NCBI GenBank assembly: GCA_949358305.1
Contig: OX442314.1
Location: forward strand, 14,632,001 to 14,696,000
DNA from: Strigamia acuminata
Lineage: Eukaryota
Length of the DNA stretch: 64,000 nucleotides
Direction: 5' to 3'
Made by a program: the position numbers and the translations under genes. Shown here piece after piece: positions 25,101-41,145 of the stretch (positions are counted from its first letter, which is position 1; each line of letters starts with the position of its first letter). Below the pieces are notes generated by a model, which ran no database searches, was not told where the DNA came from, and was given only the letters and a program-made list of their open reading frames with translations.

Positions 25101-28100
25101 TTTGTTGTTCTTTGGTTGTCGTGCCTTCGAAGAGGTTGAAGTGTGAATTGAAGGACTTTTCTTTCGAGTTAGGTCAGAAGTTCACGTGACCACTAGGGAA
25201 TTGGGAATAACAGATCAGTTGCCAGGAGAACACGAAGGTTATTTTATTGTGAAACTGTTAGTTATTATGATATAAGTCTCGTGTGGAAAGCGGACTGCAA
25301 ACTTTGCCAATTGTATCATTCATTGAGGGCCTTCTTGATTAGATTCTGTGAAAGGTTGTTTGTTTTTTCTTCCTGTTTATAAATGGGAAATGTAAACTCG
25401 ACTGACAGACAATTCTTTTTCTTATTTCATCACCTTTATTTATAGAAAACTTATTGTTTATTTATTTATATTTTTTTGATTTATCATGTTGATCGTCGTA
25501 TATATTTCAAGTTTCGTTGCTCACTTGTCTAAAGTGTCACGTTTTTATCCCACACTTTGTATTCCGTGGTTTTAGTTAAGGGAAGAAAAGAAAAAGTAAA
25601 AAAAAAATGAAGGAATTTCTTATTAATACTTTTTATATCATCTTGTCTTTATTATTCACTTGAAAGTGCTTAGCAACTACCCTTATTGAATACTTTTACC
25701 GTGTCTTGCAAGTTTCTATTACGGTCATTCGTTGTTACACCGTTTAATTGGCCAATTAACGTCGGCACTTTAGTTGTCTTGCCTCGATAGTTTTTAAAAC
25801 GGAATATCTGACACACTTCTAACTTTATTCGGGAACTGCATTATACTCTGCAATTTTTGCATTTAAAATTAAGCTTTATTTTATAACATCAATTGAAAAC
25901 ACTTCAGATGATTGATTTAACTAAATTTTACCTCAAAAAGTAATTCTCAATCACTTGACAAAGCGGGCAGAACGACCATGGGAATTTTGAAGCGCCATTC
26001 ATTATAAAATGCAAAATGAATAGAGGAATGGCGGTTATGATTGGTCATGCAGGTGGTCGAGACAGGGCAGGAGAATTGATTGAGAGCACTTAACAGTAAC
26101 AGAAGTATACAGTATTATATTAACTATTTATTTATTTATTTATTTAATTTAATTTTGAGTTTGAAGAGTTCTGCTTTAATTAATTAGAGAATGAAGAATG
26201 AAAAGCATATAAAGTTTGCTTCAGTTTGGAATAAAGAAAGATCATTAGAGTTATCATTTACATTTTTTCCTCCAATATTTTGTGATACTGTGTTTAAAGT
26301 CGCATTACTAACCATTTTTTTATTTTATCCTTTTAAGAAAAAAATATTATTTTATTATAAAATCAAAAAATGATCAAAAAATTTATTTTCTTTGCGGATA
26401 TTTTTTGAATGGAAGCAAAGTTTTTTATTTTTGTTTTTAAGTTGTTGTGTATTATTGATCACAGGAGTGCTGGCATTTTTACGTGATAATTGGGCTAATG
26501 TGAAAGAAACGACGTGTAACGCGTGCATTTTTCTTCATTCCATCAAGGGTTTTTGAATGAACTGCCCATGTCGGATTAACGAGGTAAATCCATCAAAATG
26601 ATCATTTGAGGTGTGGATGCTTGATTCTCTTTTGTGTCCCACGATCGAAAATGAAAGAAAAGAAAATTAACGAAATTTATTATACATGCGCAAACGCAAC
26701 CGGCGATTATTCTAGTTTTACGACACCGTGTATTGCCGCTTAATGGCGTGTAGCAAAATAAGAGCAGTTTTGCGCTAACTTCTTAGGTTTAATTTCCATC
26801 AAATATTGCTCATCGCGCCGTCGTCAAAGAAAAGGAAGTTGCTCAATTGACGTCTATTAAACTTCGATAGACTTAATTAATTTTAAGTGTGATGAGATTA
26901 AATGTCACTACGGAGTAGATAGTGAAAACCAAATGTTTGTTTTTCCTCGTGAAAAACCATCGAATTTTATCCAAAAGAATTAATTAGTTGGTGTAATGAT
27001 GTATAATGGTGTAGGAAAAAAAATCGGTATGCGGCTCCTGAGGTTTTTTGAGGGACAAAAGATTTCTTTATTCATTTTAATTCTTATCATAAAATTTCAG
27101 CTTTCGATGTCATTGATCAGATGGTACTCTCATGAGTTTGGTTGGTGTTTACTGCAGCGTACAGCACTTGCACAAGTTTATCTAAAGAGCACTTTGTAAA
27201 TTGAATGGCTAATTCAATCGTGGTGATGTTTGAAAGTGTTAAAACTTATCGAGTTTCCATTAATAACTAGTAATTCATCAAACTGTTGAAAATTATCGCT
27301 GACAGGGGATTTTTAGAAGTTATTCAAGTGGGAACCGAAGGGACCTATGAAGTGTGTGACATTTAATCTTCACGGCCGTACAATAACAATCTCAAATTTT
27401 AACATTTCAATCTCGTTTCAAACCTCGAGGGAAGAAACAGAAAGAAATGACCCTCGACAAACAAGTGAAATCCAATTTGGGTCCTGTAGAGACTTCTGTT
27501 GTTAGAATTTTTACAAAGAGCTAAAATTACAATAAAAAAAATCTATTAATTACAGAAATAAATCAATTAAAAAGTATGTTTTTCGAGATAAAGTATTCGC
27601 TCGAGATGAATTCGCAATTTTTTTTTTATTGACAACCCACATAAATAATTCAAGGGACAATTGCACACCACATTAACTTCTATCGCACAATTTCTTTTTT
27701 TTTTAGCAACGAAAAGTTAAAAATACCTCATTATTTTTCCTCTTGTTTTCCCTTATTTTGTGTGCAAATATTGTGCCGCTGTAATGTAAAAATATGGTGG
27801 AAAGTCCCTTTTATAGGACGCTGTTTTTGCTTTTTATTAAAAATTTCATATTCACACGCACTACAGCTGCAGTGAGTGTAATTTTAGAAGAAAAAGTGTA
27901 AAAAAAAATCTTATAAGTAATCTGAAAATTATCCTTTTTATTATTATTTTTTTTTGTGTGTTTCCTTTTTAGACACTTTGCCATCGTTCATCCATTTGAG
28001 TGGCGGGTTTACCACTCAAAAGGACGCGCCACGCTTATTTTACTCACAACATGGATCGTTCCGTGCGTAGTTGCATCTCCATTCCTATATGGAGCTAAAG

Positions 28101-29223
28101 CTTTTGAAAACGAGCTTTACAGCGACTTCGGTGTCATACATCGGCTCACATGTTTCGATGAATTTTCAGACGAATTCCGTAACGGCTACTTCATATTTCT
28201 GTTCGTCTTCATTTATGTTTTACCCCTCTGTTTCATTACTGGTACTTGCTTCAACATAGCCAAAGAACTTCTTAAAGGAACATCGCTGCACAGACAAGGG
28301 AATTTAAGGAGACAAGAAATAAACAAAAGAAAAGTGAATTAATATTAAATCTTGAATTATAAAGTAATTTTAATATTTTCCTTTCATATTTTTAGATCGC
28401 CAAGATGGTTATTGTGGTTGTGATTGCTTTTACAATTTCGTGGACGCCTTATTTCCTCGTGACATTGATCAGTCAATTCCACACGAGTAATTTCCTCGAA
28501 GAACGACAGTTTTTTTTTACAATGCTTTGTATCAATTTGTTCGCATTTCTTAATTCATGTATCAATCCTTTTATCTACGCCCTCATGAGTAAACGGTTCC
28601 GTAATGGTTTTCGCAACATCGTCCGATCCCTGTATTGCCGCCAGCAGCTGCCAATAAATTCTGCGACGTCGAGTCAGAGAGCAAATGGTACATTACCTCA
28701 TGGTCGAGCGGTTGGTTGCGGTGCTTCAACCACAGATCCATCTGCGAGTGGAAGTGGTCAGTTTACGATACTTCGACTGGACAGTTTGCGCACGTTCACA
28801 GATTTCTCTCGTCGGACATTAAGTGCAGTTTGGAGGAGCAGCAGCTCGAGGTTTCATTCACTCTCGTTAAAAAGATCGCGATCAAATAAAAACAAGTGTG
28901 ACGGGCCGCACAGTCAATTCCAATGTGTAAATGGAAGTGCAGTGTTCTGTAAACATCATTCTGGTGCCAGTGCCAGGGAGGACGAACATGTGCAAATTCA
29001 ACAGTTGTTGCCAGTACTCACTGTTGAGTCTCCATTGCTTGTTCATCAGATAGAAGAAGTGCTGGCAAAACCGTCAAAGGATATTTCACCCAGATATTCG
29101 ATCATAGTTCCGTGGAATTCGAACCCCAATCTGACTGATTACCAGAATAAAGTTAAGGAAAGTTTATTAAAGAAGAGCGCTTCCGAAACCATTATCACTG
29201 TGCTCGACGAAACAATTGTGTAA
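22130..29223 (+). CDS. Class A (rhodopsin-like) neuropeptide-type GPCR, ligand unknown
   Basis: Exons are 22130-22554 (TM1 GN, TM2 NLGLCDFLV, TM3 ...CIE), 27973-28333 (RHFAIVHP, TM4 W, ECL2 Cys, TM5 YVLP) and 28396-29223 (TM6 SWTPY, TM7 NSCINPFIY, helix 8 SKRFR, long Ser-rich tail). All junctions are GT-AG and in phase. Confidence 0.95.
24522..24608. repeat. Imperfect inverted repeat (small MITE-like hairpin) in GPCR intron 1
   Basis: GGGCCCTCAAATTCCAAACATTTTCCCAAATT pairs with AATATTGAAAAAATGTTGGAAATTCGGGGTCCC. A similar arm (GGGGCTCCCAAATTCCAAAACA) occurs at about 31474. Confidence 0.5.
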
Positions 29224-30806
29224 TTTGGATTTTATTTTGATGAAAAAAGTTGTAATTTTGTAAATAAAATTGTACGAAAATTAATTTTTATTAAAACAGA
29301 CGATTTTGAAATAATTAAAAGAGAAATTTAGAGTGCGCCCAGGTCTTTTATACGCTTTTATTTCTCCCAAAATACACATTAAAGAGGTTAACTATCTTTT
29401 TCAACAGCATTTAATATTAACCAAATGGAGTTTGGCTTAACGTATTTTTCGTATACTCACGAACAGGGCCCCAAACAAGGGCAGAGTTCAGGGCCCCGCG
29501 GAAAGGGGCAACAGAGTGGAATTAGTTTTCAACTATTATTTATAATAAGTTTTTGTAATACTGTAATTGAAAATTTAAATTTATATTTCTCAATTCTCAG
29601 GAGATATAAGAAATTATGAAGAGTATTTTAATAAAAATTAAAAGTTAGGTTGTTAATGTGACGCATTTAATTAAAAAATACAATTTTCTCAAAAGTTTGC
29701 AATAATTATAGCATCACAGTATTGCTCTTGGTTTCAACGAAATTAATTATTGCCGGCCAAAGCTGCAGTGCAAACCCAAATTAGTGTGACCTTTAATGAT
29801 ACTTTCCATGTTGTTTTGTCGTCATGCAACTTCAGAAACAAACGCATTAAAAGTGATATTAAAATATGTAAAATTTAATAAAACGATAATACGACAAGCA
29901 GATAACACAGAAATAATGAAAACTTGTATTACCATAGGGACAGATTTTCATCATTTGAAGAATCGAACATTTTATTGTTGCAAAGACAACAAAATCTCAA
30001 TCTTTTGCAGAAATTGTTACGTAAACAGACATAAAACGTAATCAAATAAATAAACTTTGAACTGCAAATTTGCGTTTAGTTTACTGTATGTTTGATGCGA
30101 AGATGAAACTTAATCAGAAGAATAAATCTTAAATCGCATATTTGCGCTCAGTTTATGTTTGATGCTATTACGACGATTGACAAATCAATATGGAGTTGGA
30201 TTGAGTTTCATATCTACTGTAAAATCCGATGTTGACTTTTGCATTTACGTTGTACTATTGAATGACAGCCGGAAAACGTTGATTCTGTTTCTGCGCAACT
30301 ACAAAGTCGGCCGGCAATTTAGTTCTCGAAGGTCGATAAATCAACGCGAACAGATTATTCCTAATGGCATTCACAAAAAAATTCTTAGATTACCTGACCT
30401 GTTTAAAGCAGCAATTGTGAATAAAGATCAACCGCATTCAAGATTCAATACACAGAAAATGTGATTTGGGGTTTTTAAACTCGCAACTCGACTTGAATGA
30501 AGGAAAAAATTGAGTCTTTATTCTGCGAGCTCTTCTTTGTGCGGTTTGGTGTTATCATAGCCAAAACCTTGTAGCACGTGAGAAAGCCACAAAAATAGAT
30601 TGCAAAAGCACAAATGAAAACTAAATAAAAGGATTATCAATTCCCATTTAGAAGCTTGTGAGACCTAGGGTGGCAATGAACCCAAATTTCTTCTTTCAGC
30701 CTCCAGGTCTTAAGAGACGATAGAAAGCTTGAGACGCTAACGAAGTGATTAGGACGACCTTAATAAGTCATACAATTTTTTTGGAACTTTAACTTTCTGC
30801 TCGGAG

Positions 30807-30900
30807 TAAAGATTATGAATTTTCTAGATATACTATCATGAAATTTCTGCATTGAATAAAGATTATGAATTTTTTAAATATATTTTTATGAAATTATGAA
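30807..30900. repeat. Tandem duplication, about 50 bp unit x2
   Basis: TAAAGATTATGAATTTTCTAGATATACTATCATGAAATT recurs as TAAAGATTATGAATTTTTTAAATATATTTTTATGAAATT. Confidence 0.7.
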
Positions 30901-32807
30901 CCGCTAGTTCCTAGCGGACCGTGATAATTCCTCCATTAAAAAAATCTGTATAACATTTTGAAGTTAATGCCTTAAAATGATTTTTTATTCATTTTTTATG
31001 GGATTGCAAAATCATTTTTTATACGTCTTTTCTAGCTCTGGTGGGGTACCTCACATTCCCTTGTCTATCCAGGGTGCTTTCTGTTGTTGTAGTTGGCCCA
31101 CTCATTTTTATTTTTAAAAAAACTGGCTTGTTTTAATAATGACAGATTTTTTGGTAATTCTAGTAAATGGGATAGAAGAAACTAAATAACTGACTTGTGA
31201 GTTCGATATACAGTACTATATGTTTGATATTTTTATTTGCTGTAACTTAAAGTTTAAATTTACCGCCGCAGTACGTAGTTTACAAAATGATCGTCAAATC
31301 TCATTGGCGCTATATTCTGGGGGCAGAGGAAGAGGTCCGTCAATGGTTCATTTCGGTATTCATCGAATCAAATAAAATATCCACGACTGTCTTGAGCGAC
31401 TTTTTCTCTGATTTTGCAGGAGCGGATTCATAGGTTCTTGCAGTTCTCGCAAGAGAATGACCCCGTACAGCTAGGGGCTCCCAAATTCCAAAACAGAAAT
31501 GCAAAACATTTTAATTGTTGAACTTAGCAGACATCACATTGGTATGTCGAGGCGATTCGTGAACCCTGAGTCCCTTACAAATTTGCCTCCAAATCATGGT
31601 AAATGAATTGTGTGCTTGTTCAACTCTCTCAAATGCCTTTGCAATAAAGCAGGTGCATGGCAATTACCTATTGAGAATTAACTTGAAGCAAAAAATTAAA
31701 ACACAGAATTCTAACAAGCCAATTGAATGTCAATCTCAAATTTGACGAGGGACGTTTGCTCACAGGGAACCTTCAGTCCCGCAATCTTCAATCAGTGTTC
31801 AGGATAGTAATTGTATAAATGAGATGATGACGATTGACGAGCACTCATTCCCTTTTTCTCCCACACTCTTATGTTAAATTGGACTATGTTATGTCATCAC
31901 ATCACTCATTATAATCCAAAATTCAAGTGAATTAAACTTTTCCCATCAATAAAATTGATACACTTGCTTGATGTTTTTACTTGTAATATCAATAGGCTAA
32001 AGGTCTAGACAAATGAAAACTGGTTGGCGTGTGCCAATGAGGTAAACAAGAGAAGGTTTTCATGACAACCACGACGACGAGAAAATTTACTTCACCCTCA
32101 ATTATAATGAAATAAATAAAACTATTCCAAATTTTTCATATCGTGCTCAGCAACGCACTTGTTTTATTATAAATTCTAATTTTAATGAAATCAGAACATT
32201 ACATTATTCTTTCATTAGACTTGTATACCGGTACGTTGAATTACATATGCATGCGCAATTTCAGCTAAATCCTGCTAAAAGCTTAATAAAATTCACTTAT
32301 TATTATTATTACATAATAATATTGTTGATCAAATTAAAGGTCATGTTCTCTTCCCCTTTAGGTTTATATCACTGCATCGCACATGACCGTAAGTAATCTC
32401 GCAAATTTGGTAATCTCAGTTACCGGAAATCAATTTATTTAAACAACATTTATGGCTTTTATTTTTTCGAAGTATAATTATTTCAATTTCAACACAAAAG
32501 AGACGAAATCTATATAATAGTATTGCATCACGCACACGCACACAGTATTGCATCATGTGCAGTTAGAAAACTATGCGCCTACAAAAACTGTGAATGCAAT
32601 AAAATCTTTTAGCAAAATTATTTGTTAGCAACTAAACATTTATTGTCGGAAAATCCGGGATAGAAAAAAATCGATAGGCTTTAGGCGAAACGGGATTCCC
32701 CGTTCGGCGAAATGACATTCGAGTGAAACCAGGCACTCGCACCCACACGAGCAACATCCAATAATGAAGTAAATGACAAGGCGAAAAAATCGACTCGACT
32801 AAAACGT

Positions 32808-33868
<1,061 letters not shown>

Positions 33869-34941
33869 CATCTTTAAACGCATGAAATGTCAAACGAAAA
33901 TTGTGCATAACGCAGACACTAGCGTTTTCTTTAAACAAAATTTATAGTACCGGTATGTTTTATCAAGAAAGAAAACAAACAACATTTTTTAAAACCGATT
34001 TATTATATTTTTTCAGATGATTTAGATTTCAATTGTCTAAATTTATGACATTTTCGTAAAGTTGAATGTTGACTGTGTAAATTGTGTGTCTCCTATTTAT
34101 ATATATAAATAAAGGTGGGCATTTTTTAAATTTTTTGTGTTGCGTTTTATCTTTGGTTGAGGATGTCCATGAGATGTGGTTGGGATTTGCACGCTATAAT
34201 ACAGCAACTTTTTACTTTTAATTTCTGTTTTCTGCAAGCTGCTGCAGGAACTTGTTTTGGCCTTTATGACCGCAGATCTGTGTTCCAACTACTGCTTTCT
34301 TGTACCAAAAAATAAATAAATGCTCTACATTAATTTTTTTTTACACTTTCCTTGCTTTTATTATGATCTTGCTCCAGACTGGTTTGAAAGAAACTTCCCG
34401 ACACGCAGATCAGACACAAAAAATAAATTTTAATATCTTGGACAGCAGGACAAAGTAATATGGATTTTTCTCTTTTTTTTCTCTTAATTTTATGAGACGA
34501 TGCGGTGAAGCACGCTGCAACCGGAAATGTTTAGTGAAGGAGATTACTTGGAAATGCTTGCCGGATTAAGTCGGCCCAAAGGCGGCATGAATAATGAGAC
34601 CCATCCGGCTATTCTTGGACCTGGTGTGGATGGAGAAATTTTAAAGAAAAACAGAAAGTAGAGAAACAGCAAATTTCAATTGAAACTTGGATAAAGAAAC
34701 TCTGCTGGCTGCTGGGAGTAATTAGGCCAAAGAAAATTCCAGTTTTGAACAAAAGCCTGCATACCGTACACGGATTAGTATAAATCAGGTGTGTGGCCTA
34801 TAATCCCCCTCCTGAACAAAACTCTCTATTGGTTAATTTAAACTTATCCCCTACAGTTATTTAACCATCCCTCGGTCTTACGTGTGCATCTGCATCACAC
34901 TTTGTGGGGACAACATAAAATTCTTTCAAAATACAGCGGCG

Positions 34942-36108
<1,167 letters not shown>

Positions 36109-36505
36109 TAAAAGGCCGCCTCTAATTTACTTTAGCATAATATTTTAAATTTTCTCTGCCCGCGACATTTCTCTTTTAAATCTACCTCTGAGCATCCCAT
36201 TTCCAACCAATGAGATAGCAGCTAATAAACTCTATAGCCATTGAGTGGATCCGGTCGTACTAGATACTACCCACGTGGCCATTTAGCTTGCGAAAAAAAT
36301 ACAGTGTATTTTTTAAATCGATTGTCAAAGATTTATGTTTTTTTAAAAAAATAAAAATATCTTCTATTCTTGTAAAATCGACTCGAGAGAGGCTATTGAT
36401 TTAGTTTTCACAGATTGTCGCCAAAACATAAATGGCGCTGACGTTTGGGGGAAAGATCGAAATATTACGTGCAATCTTTTGACTTTTCGTAACTGTAATA
36501 TTAAA

Positions 36506-38566
36506 ATGCATGTGTTTTCTAAAGTTTTGGCAATAATAATAACGGTTATTGCTTGTTATTATTCTTATTTGAACATTATTAACTCAAAAGAAGGTAATTT
36601 AACAACTGCCCCATTTCTACTAAATCAATTCACATTTTATTTTATTTTATTTCGATTTCTATTTTGCAGAAAGTAAGTCCAAGTCCTTACATTTGCTGAT
36701 TGGAATTATGTCATCAAGATCCAATTTTGATTATCGCGCGGTTATTCGAACTACATGGCTAAGCAATATATCAGGATTTAAGCAGACAGGCCGAGTTAAT
36801 GCCGTATTTGTAATTGGTAAGCGAAGTTGCCCAATTTCACCTGATGACAGGTGGGATATCAATTCCTGCACCTTCTGGGATGTGCAATTGCCAAGTAAAA
36901 ATAATAAGGAAATGCTTGACATAAAATATGATGTAAAACACTTTTATTTGAAGAAAGTAATGATACGCAGTGGGCTTGTCAAATAAATACCCAATTTTCT
37001 AAAAGCAAAACTCCATATCGAGGTTTAAGCTTTAAGGTACTGATGTGTAAAGACGAGGTAGAATATAAGATACAATGACTAATTATGTTTTTAAATTATA
37101 GATACGGCATCCGATTACAGTAACGAAGTTAGGAGTTTTACAATCCGTTTATGAGCTTAATAATAGTGCAACTGTGATGTTATTAAACGCTATTACCAAC
37201 GTATATTACCATAATTTGAATTACTAAATTCCATTTTATAATTTTAATTTAATAGGATATAATGGTTAAAGTGCAGTTTTTACCGACTAAAATGGGAGTG
37301 GATAACGCTGGATATTATTATCTACCCATTGATCCGATTATTTTACCACAAGTAACGTAAATTGATGAAATTAAATAAAATTATTAAAAGTATAATGTCA
37401 ATATTTGGCTAGAATTTTGAGGCTACGTTAATTGTTGAAAATGAAGTCGGTGAAGTAAGAATTAATCATCAACACACTTGGAATTTCGCTCATGCAGTTT
37501 TTACATTCACACGTGTAAATTAATTGGGATATTTTATTGTAAAGTTATTCTAATTTTTAAAACTTATTTTAGGTTATTCGAAATGATTATTATTCAATGA
37601 AATGGAGAGTTGGTGCTTCAAGTGCCGTTACATTTGGATTTATAATTTATGGTTTAAGATAATTTCATTCTCACATTGCGTTGTTTATTAACGGATTCAA
37701 TTATTTCAGATTTTCTAGGGTTGAAGAATCACATTGAAACAACCCATAAACGTCAGCAGCAATGGAACACGTTCCTTCTTGATGAGACTATGCAAATTGA
37801 AAAAGAAATATCTCAGTTCAACGACATTATTTTTATTGATGTTGTTGATATTTATCGTAATCTTCCACTTAAGTTGTTACGATTTTATAAAATGTAAAAT
37901 TAGGAATCTGGTAGCTTTAAGTTTTAAGTTTTAATCGATTTAAATTTTTGTTTTTAGGGTTGCAGCGAACTATGACGTAGAATTCATTATGAAGACAGAC
38001 GATGACGTGTTCCTAAATGTACCTAAGGTCTTACACGAATTGGCAAATCTTAAATCTACTTATTCTGAATCGGAGAAAATATGGTGGAGTCGATTTCGCA
38101 TCAACTGGGCTGCAGATCGAGTTGGCAAATGGGCAGAATTAGAATACGAATCTTTTGTGTATCCTCCATTTGCCTGTGGTTTAGGAAATATAATATCTCA
38201 AGATTTACTGCATTGGTTAGCGAACAACTCGGAAGTATTGCACTCTTATCAAGTTAATTATCTCATTTAAAAGGCTACAGGCGTTGTTAATTCATTCAAA
38301 TATTATTGCAGGGTGAAGATGTTTCTCTTGGAATTTGGCTAGCAGCAATTGGCCCAAACCACATAAATGTAAAACAATTAAATAAAAAAAAAGACATTTT
38401 ATAAATTATTATTTTTATTTTTTAGGATTTTTTGTGGCAATGCGATGGTGGTTGTGTAAATGATTCATACAACGTCGGCCAATTAACACCGTTGGAAATT
38501 AAGAATGCCTGGACTGCAATGCAGAAGTGTTTCGACATGTGTGGTTGTGATCGAATTAACGTGTAA
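36506..38566 (+). CDS. B3GALNT2: UDP-GalNAc:beta-1,3-N-acetylgalactosaminyltransferase 2 (GT31 family)
   Basis: Eleven exons: 36506-36593, 36670-36894, 36954-37036, 37102-37200, 37256-37351, 37413-37514, 37573-37651, 37710-37893, 37958-38252, 38312-38368 and 38426-38566. Motifs include an N-terminal signal anchor, LIGIMSSRSNFDYRAVIRTTW, DVVDIYRNLPLKLL, MKTDDDVF, GKWAELEYESFVYPPFACG, YQGEDVSLGIWL and a C-terminal C..CGC. Confidence 0.93.
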
Positions 38567-38647
38567 CTCGATATGTTGGAGTTGAAATGAACCAGCCGTG
38601 TGTTCTGGTGATATCGTGCAGTTGTGCGCCTGGACCCGTGAAGCGAG

Positions 38648-40682
38648 ATGAAGAAAATCACAACGCTTATTTTTATGGAGTTTTTTAATTTAATTGCATC
38701 AGCAGACAAATGTAATTAGAGTACATCCAAAACAACAAATTTGAGTAAATTTTTTAAAATAATTTTTTTGGTAGTGGTCATTAATCCTGGTTTAAAAGTG
38801 TGGCGTCCTAAGATTAATTTTACGAATTCTGCCGATTGGAGTGAAGGAAAACTGCCTCGTTCATGCGATAGAGCTATCATTCCTGCACTGTCTGCAGTTT
38901 CTGTAAATTTAGCATCAAATCTTCTGCTCCGAGAGCTTGTAAGCGTTGCAAAATCATTTAAAAACATGGAAAAATAATTTAATTTTGTCAGGTGTTGCCT
39001 TTGGAAGGTGAAATAGTATTAAACGATGGAAGCAGTCTCACATTTGGAGCTGATCAATTAGTTAACTGCAGAGATCCAAGAGGTGAAATTTTATGGGTTG
39101 AAATAATAAATTTTTATTTTTGTTTTAACGCAACGTTTAATTTTGTAGATTTACATTACAATCCACCTTCTGTAAGCGGTTGGTACGAACCAAGTTCTTG
39201 GTCAGTTCCGGGTGAAGAAGAGGAAAATGAAACGTTACCAATCCCAGAATCAGAGCGGGTTCCTTGTCAATACGATTATGTTGAGTTTCCTGTCAATTCT
39301 TCTTATCGTGTTGCAATTGGCGGACCAAATATTAAAGTGAAATCGCTTTTAATTGATGGAAAAGTATGTTTCGAATTAGATAAATATTTATTTTGTTTGG
39401 TATTTAAATATTTAATTTGCAGACTGTAAACACGAGTGAATTTTCGAGATTAGAAAAGACAGCGAGTGGAAAAATACGTTTTAGTCGCTCTACATCGCTC
39501 GATGTGACTAATGTAAACTGTTCTGATCCGAGTGGATGTGTTTGTCGAGACGAAGATGTACGTTTTCGATATTATTTTAAATTATTTTATTTAATTTTTT
39601 TAAAAAAATAATTTTTATAGATTTCTGATTTAATTTGCCAATTAACAAAATGTAAAGAAAACGATTGTTCGGATCCAGTTAAACCAGTTGGAGGATGTTG
39701 CGCAATGTGTGGAGCATTTTTAATTGCTGATTGTAAAAAAGATTTTGAATTTTCAAGATTAAAAAAATTATACGATTTGTATATTAATAAGGTACGCGTT
39801 TTTTTACACAATTTTGGAAGAATTGAATTATTTAAACTCGTTTTAGGATGAGTACAAAAACGTTTATGGATATTTATCCAAAATTGACAAAAATCGAGTA
39901 CAAGTAGTATTTGCCGACAACTTCGAAACTCATCGTGCATCATCATTAGCAATAGAGCTAGCTGACATTTTGAAAAATGGTTTGAAATAGATTTTGTTTT
40001 TTTTTACTGATTGTAGTTTGAGTATCGGTATTTCGTGTTTTAATTCAGACGCATCTGGAGTTGGTATTTATGGAACATCTAACATTCAATTACAAATATC
40101 ATCTCATTGGTTGGTGCATGGTCGTTTCATGGGAGGTTAAGACTTTTAAAGTAATCGCTGTTTTAATATTTTCAATCTCTTAAATTGTTTACAGGTTTAT
40201 CGGTGGGTGGTGTATTCGGCTTATCGTTCGCCTTCGTGTGTATATTAATTCTCAGTCTGTTTGCATACGTTACGCTAAAAAAATATGGGTAAGTAAAATT
40301 TAATTAGTAAATCGTTAGATGTACCGTGTATTTCAATCGATATTTTTTTAATTATTAGGTTTGGTAATCTTTCGTTTGGTCGTTTAGATGAAGATAAGTA
40401 CGAGTCTGATGAATCTGATGAGGAGCAAGCTATTACACAATTTGCTCCGATTGCAGGAATTGAAAATCCCATGTACGAGCAGGAGAAAAAGGTTTTTAAC
40501 TTCACATAAAATCAAATATTATAGTCATTTTTTTTACAATTATTATCTAATTTACACAGAAAGACCTTACTGTGGAAACTTCCGATTCGGCAGTGGTTGA
40601 GCCTGAGCTTGCAGTTGTTTCTACTGAAGTACGAGACAATCCAGCATTTATGGTGTTTGAAGAATTAAAACATTTGCAATGA
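38648..40682 (+). CDS. AMN: Protein amnionless (cubilin partner, single-pass membrane protein)
   Basis: Eleven in-phase exons run from 38648-38711 to 40560-40682. They encode a signal peptide, KVWRPKINFTNSADW, LPLEGEIVL, PIPESERVPCQYDYVEFP, a Cys-rich VWC-like region (CSDPSGCVC; CSDPVKPVGGCCAMCGA), a TM helix (40195-40288) and cytoplasmic ENPMY and DNPAF endocytic motifs. AATAAA follows at about 40698 and 40728. Confidence 0.9.
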
Positions 40683-41042
40683 ATAATTATCGTACTAAAT
40701 AAAACAAATTGTATTGCATGGGAATTTGAATAAAAATTTTGAAGAAATGAAATTTAAAAAGTTAAAAAAAATCAACAGGTGGGTTCAAATTAGCTTCAGT
40801 GGAAAATTTGATAACATTCGTTTTTATTTTTGGATGTGACATTTTTTACGTAATTTTGCTTAACGTTAAGGGAGAATTATTTTCTATTTGACCAGGATTT
40901 TTTTCGATAGTCTTTTTTTTTACAGCCTTTTTCACTTATTTTACTTATTTGACTTATTTTATTAGGAGCATTCAATAAAAAGTCATTTATTTTTATTCAA
41001 GTATTTATGTATTTGTACCTAATGTTGCTTTGATTTATCGAG

Positions 41043-41100
41043 AGATGGCGCGTAATAATGTAATTACCCACAATTCTTTTCGCTGAGTTAAGCACGCCAT
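41043..41100. promoter_or_regulatory. YY1/Pho-like motifs in the SART1 promoter region
   Basis: AGATGGCG (41043-41050) and CGCCAT (41095-41100) lie within about 100 bp of the ATG. A similar AAATGGCG (36430-36437) precedes B3GALNT2. Confidence 0.3.
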
Positions 41101-41145
41101 TGATGTTAGTTATTTCGTTTAGGCAACGTTTGAAGTTGCCATAAC

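Noticed and set aside
30159..30464. 101-aa ORF between the GPCR and the PHD genes
   Set aside because: It has no recognisable motif or convincing exon structure on either strand.
34879..34884. HRE core TACGTG upstream of PHD copy 2
   Set aside because: A single hexamer is expected by chance, and it may be intronic given the acceptor-like TACAG at 34936.
38567..38647. B3GALNT2-AMN readthrough fusion protein
   Set aside because: The frame is the same, but three further TGA stops lie between the two CDSs.
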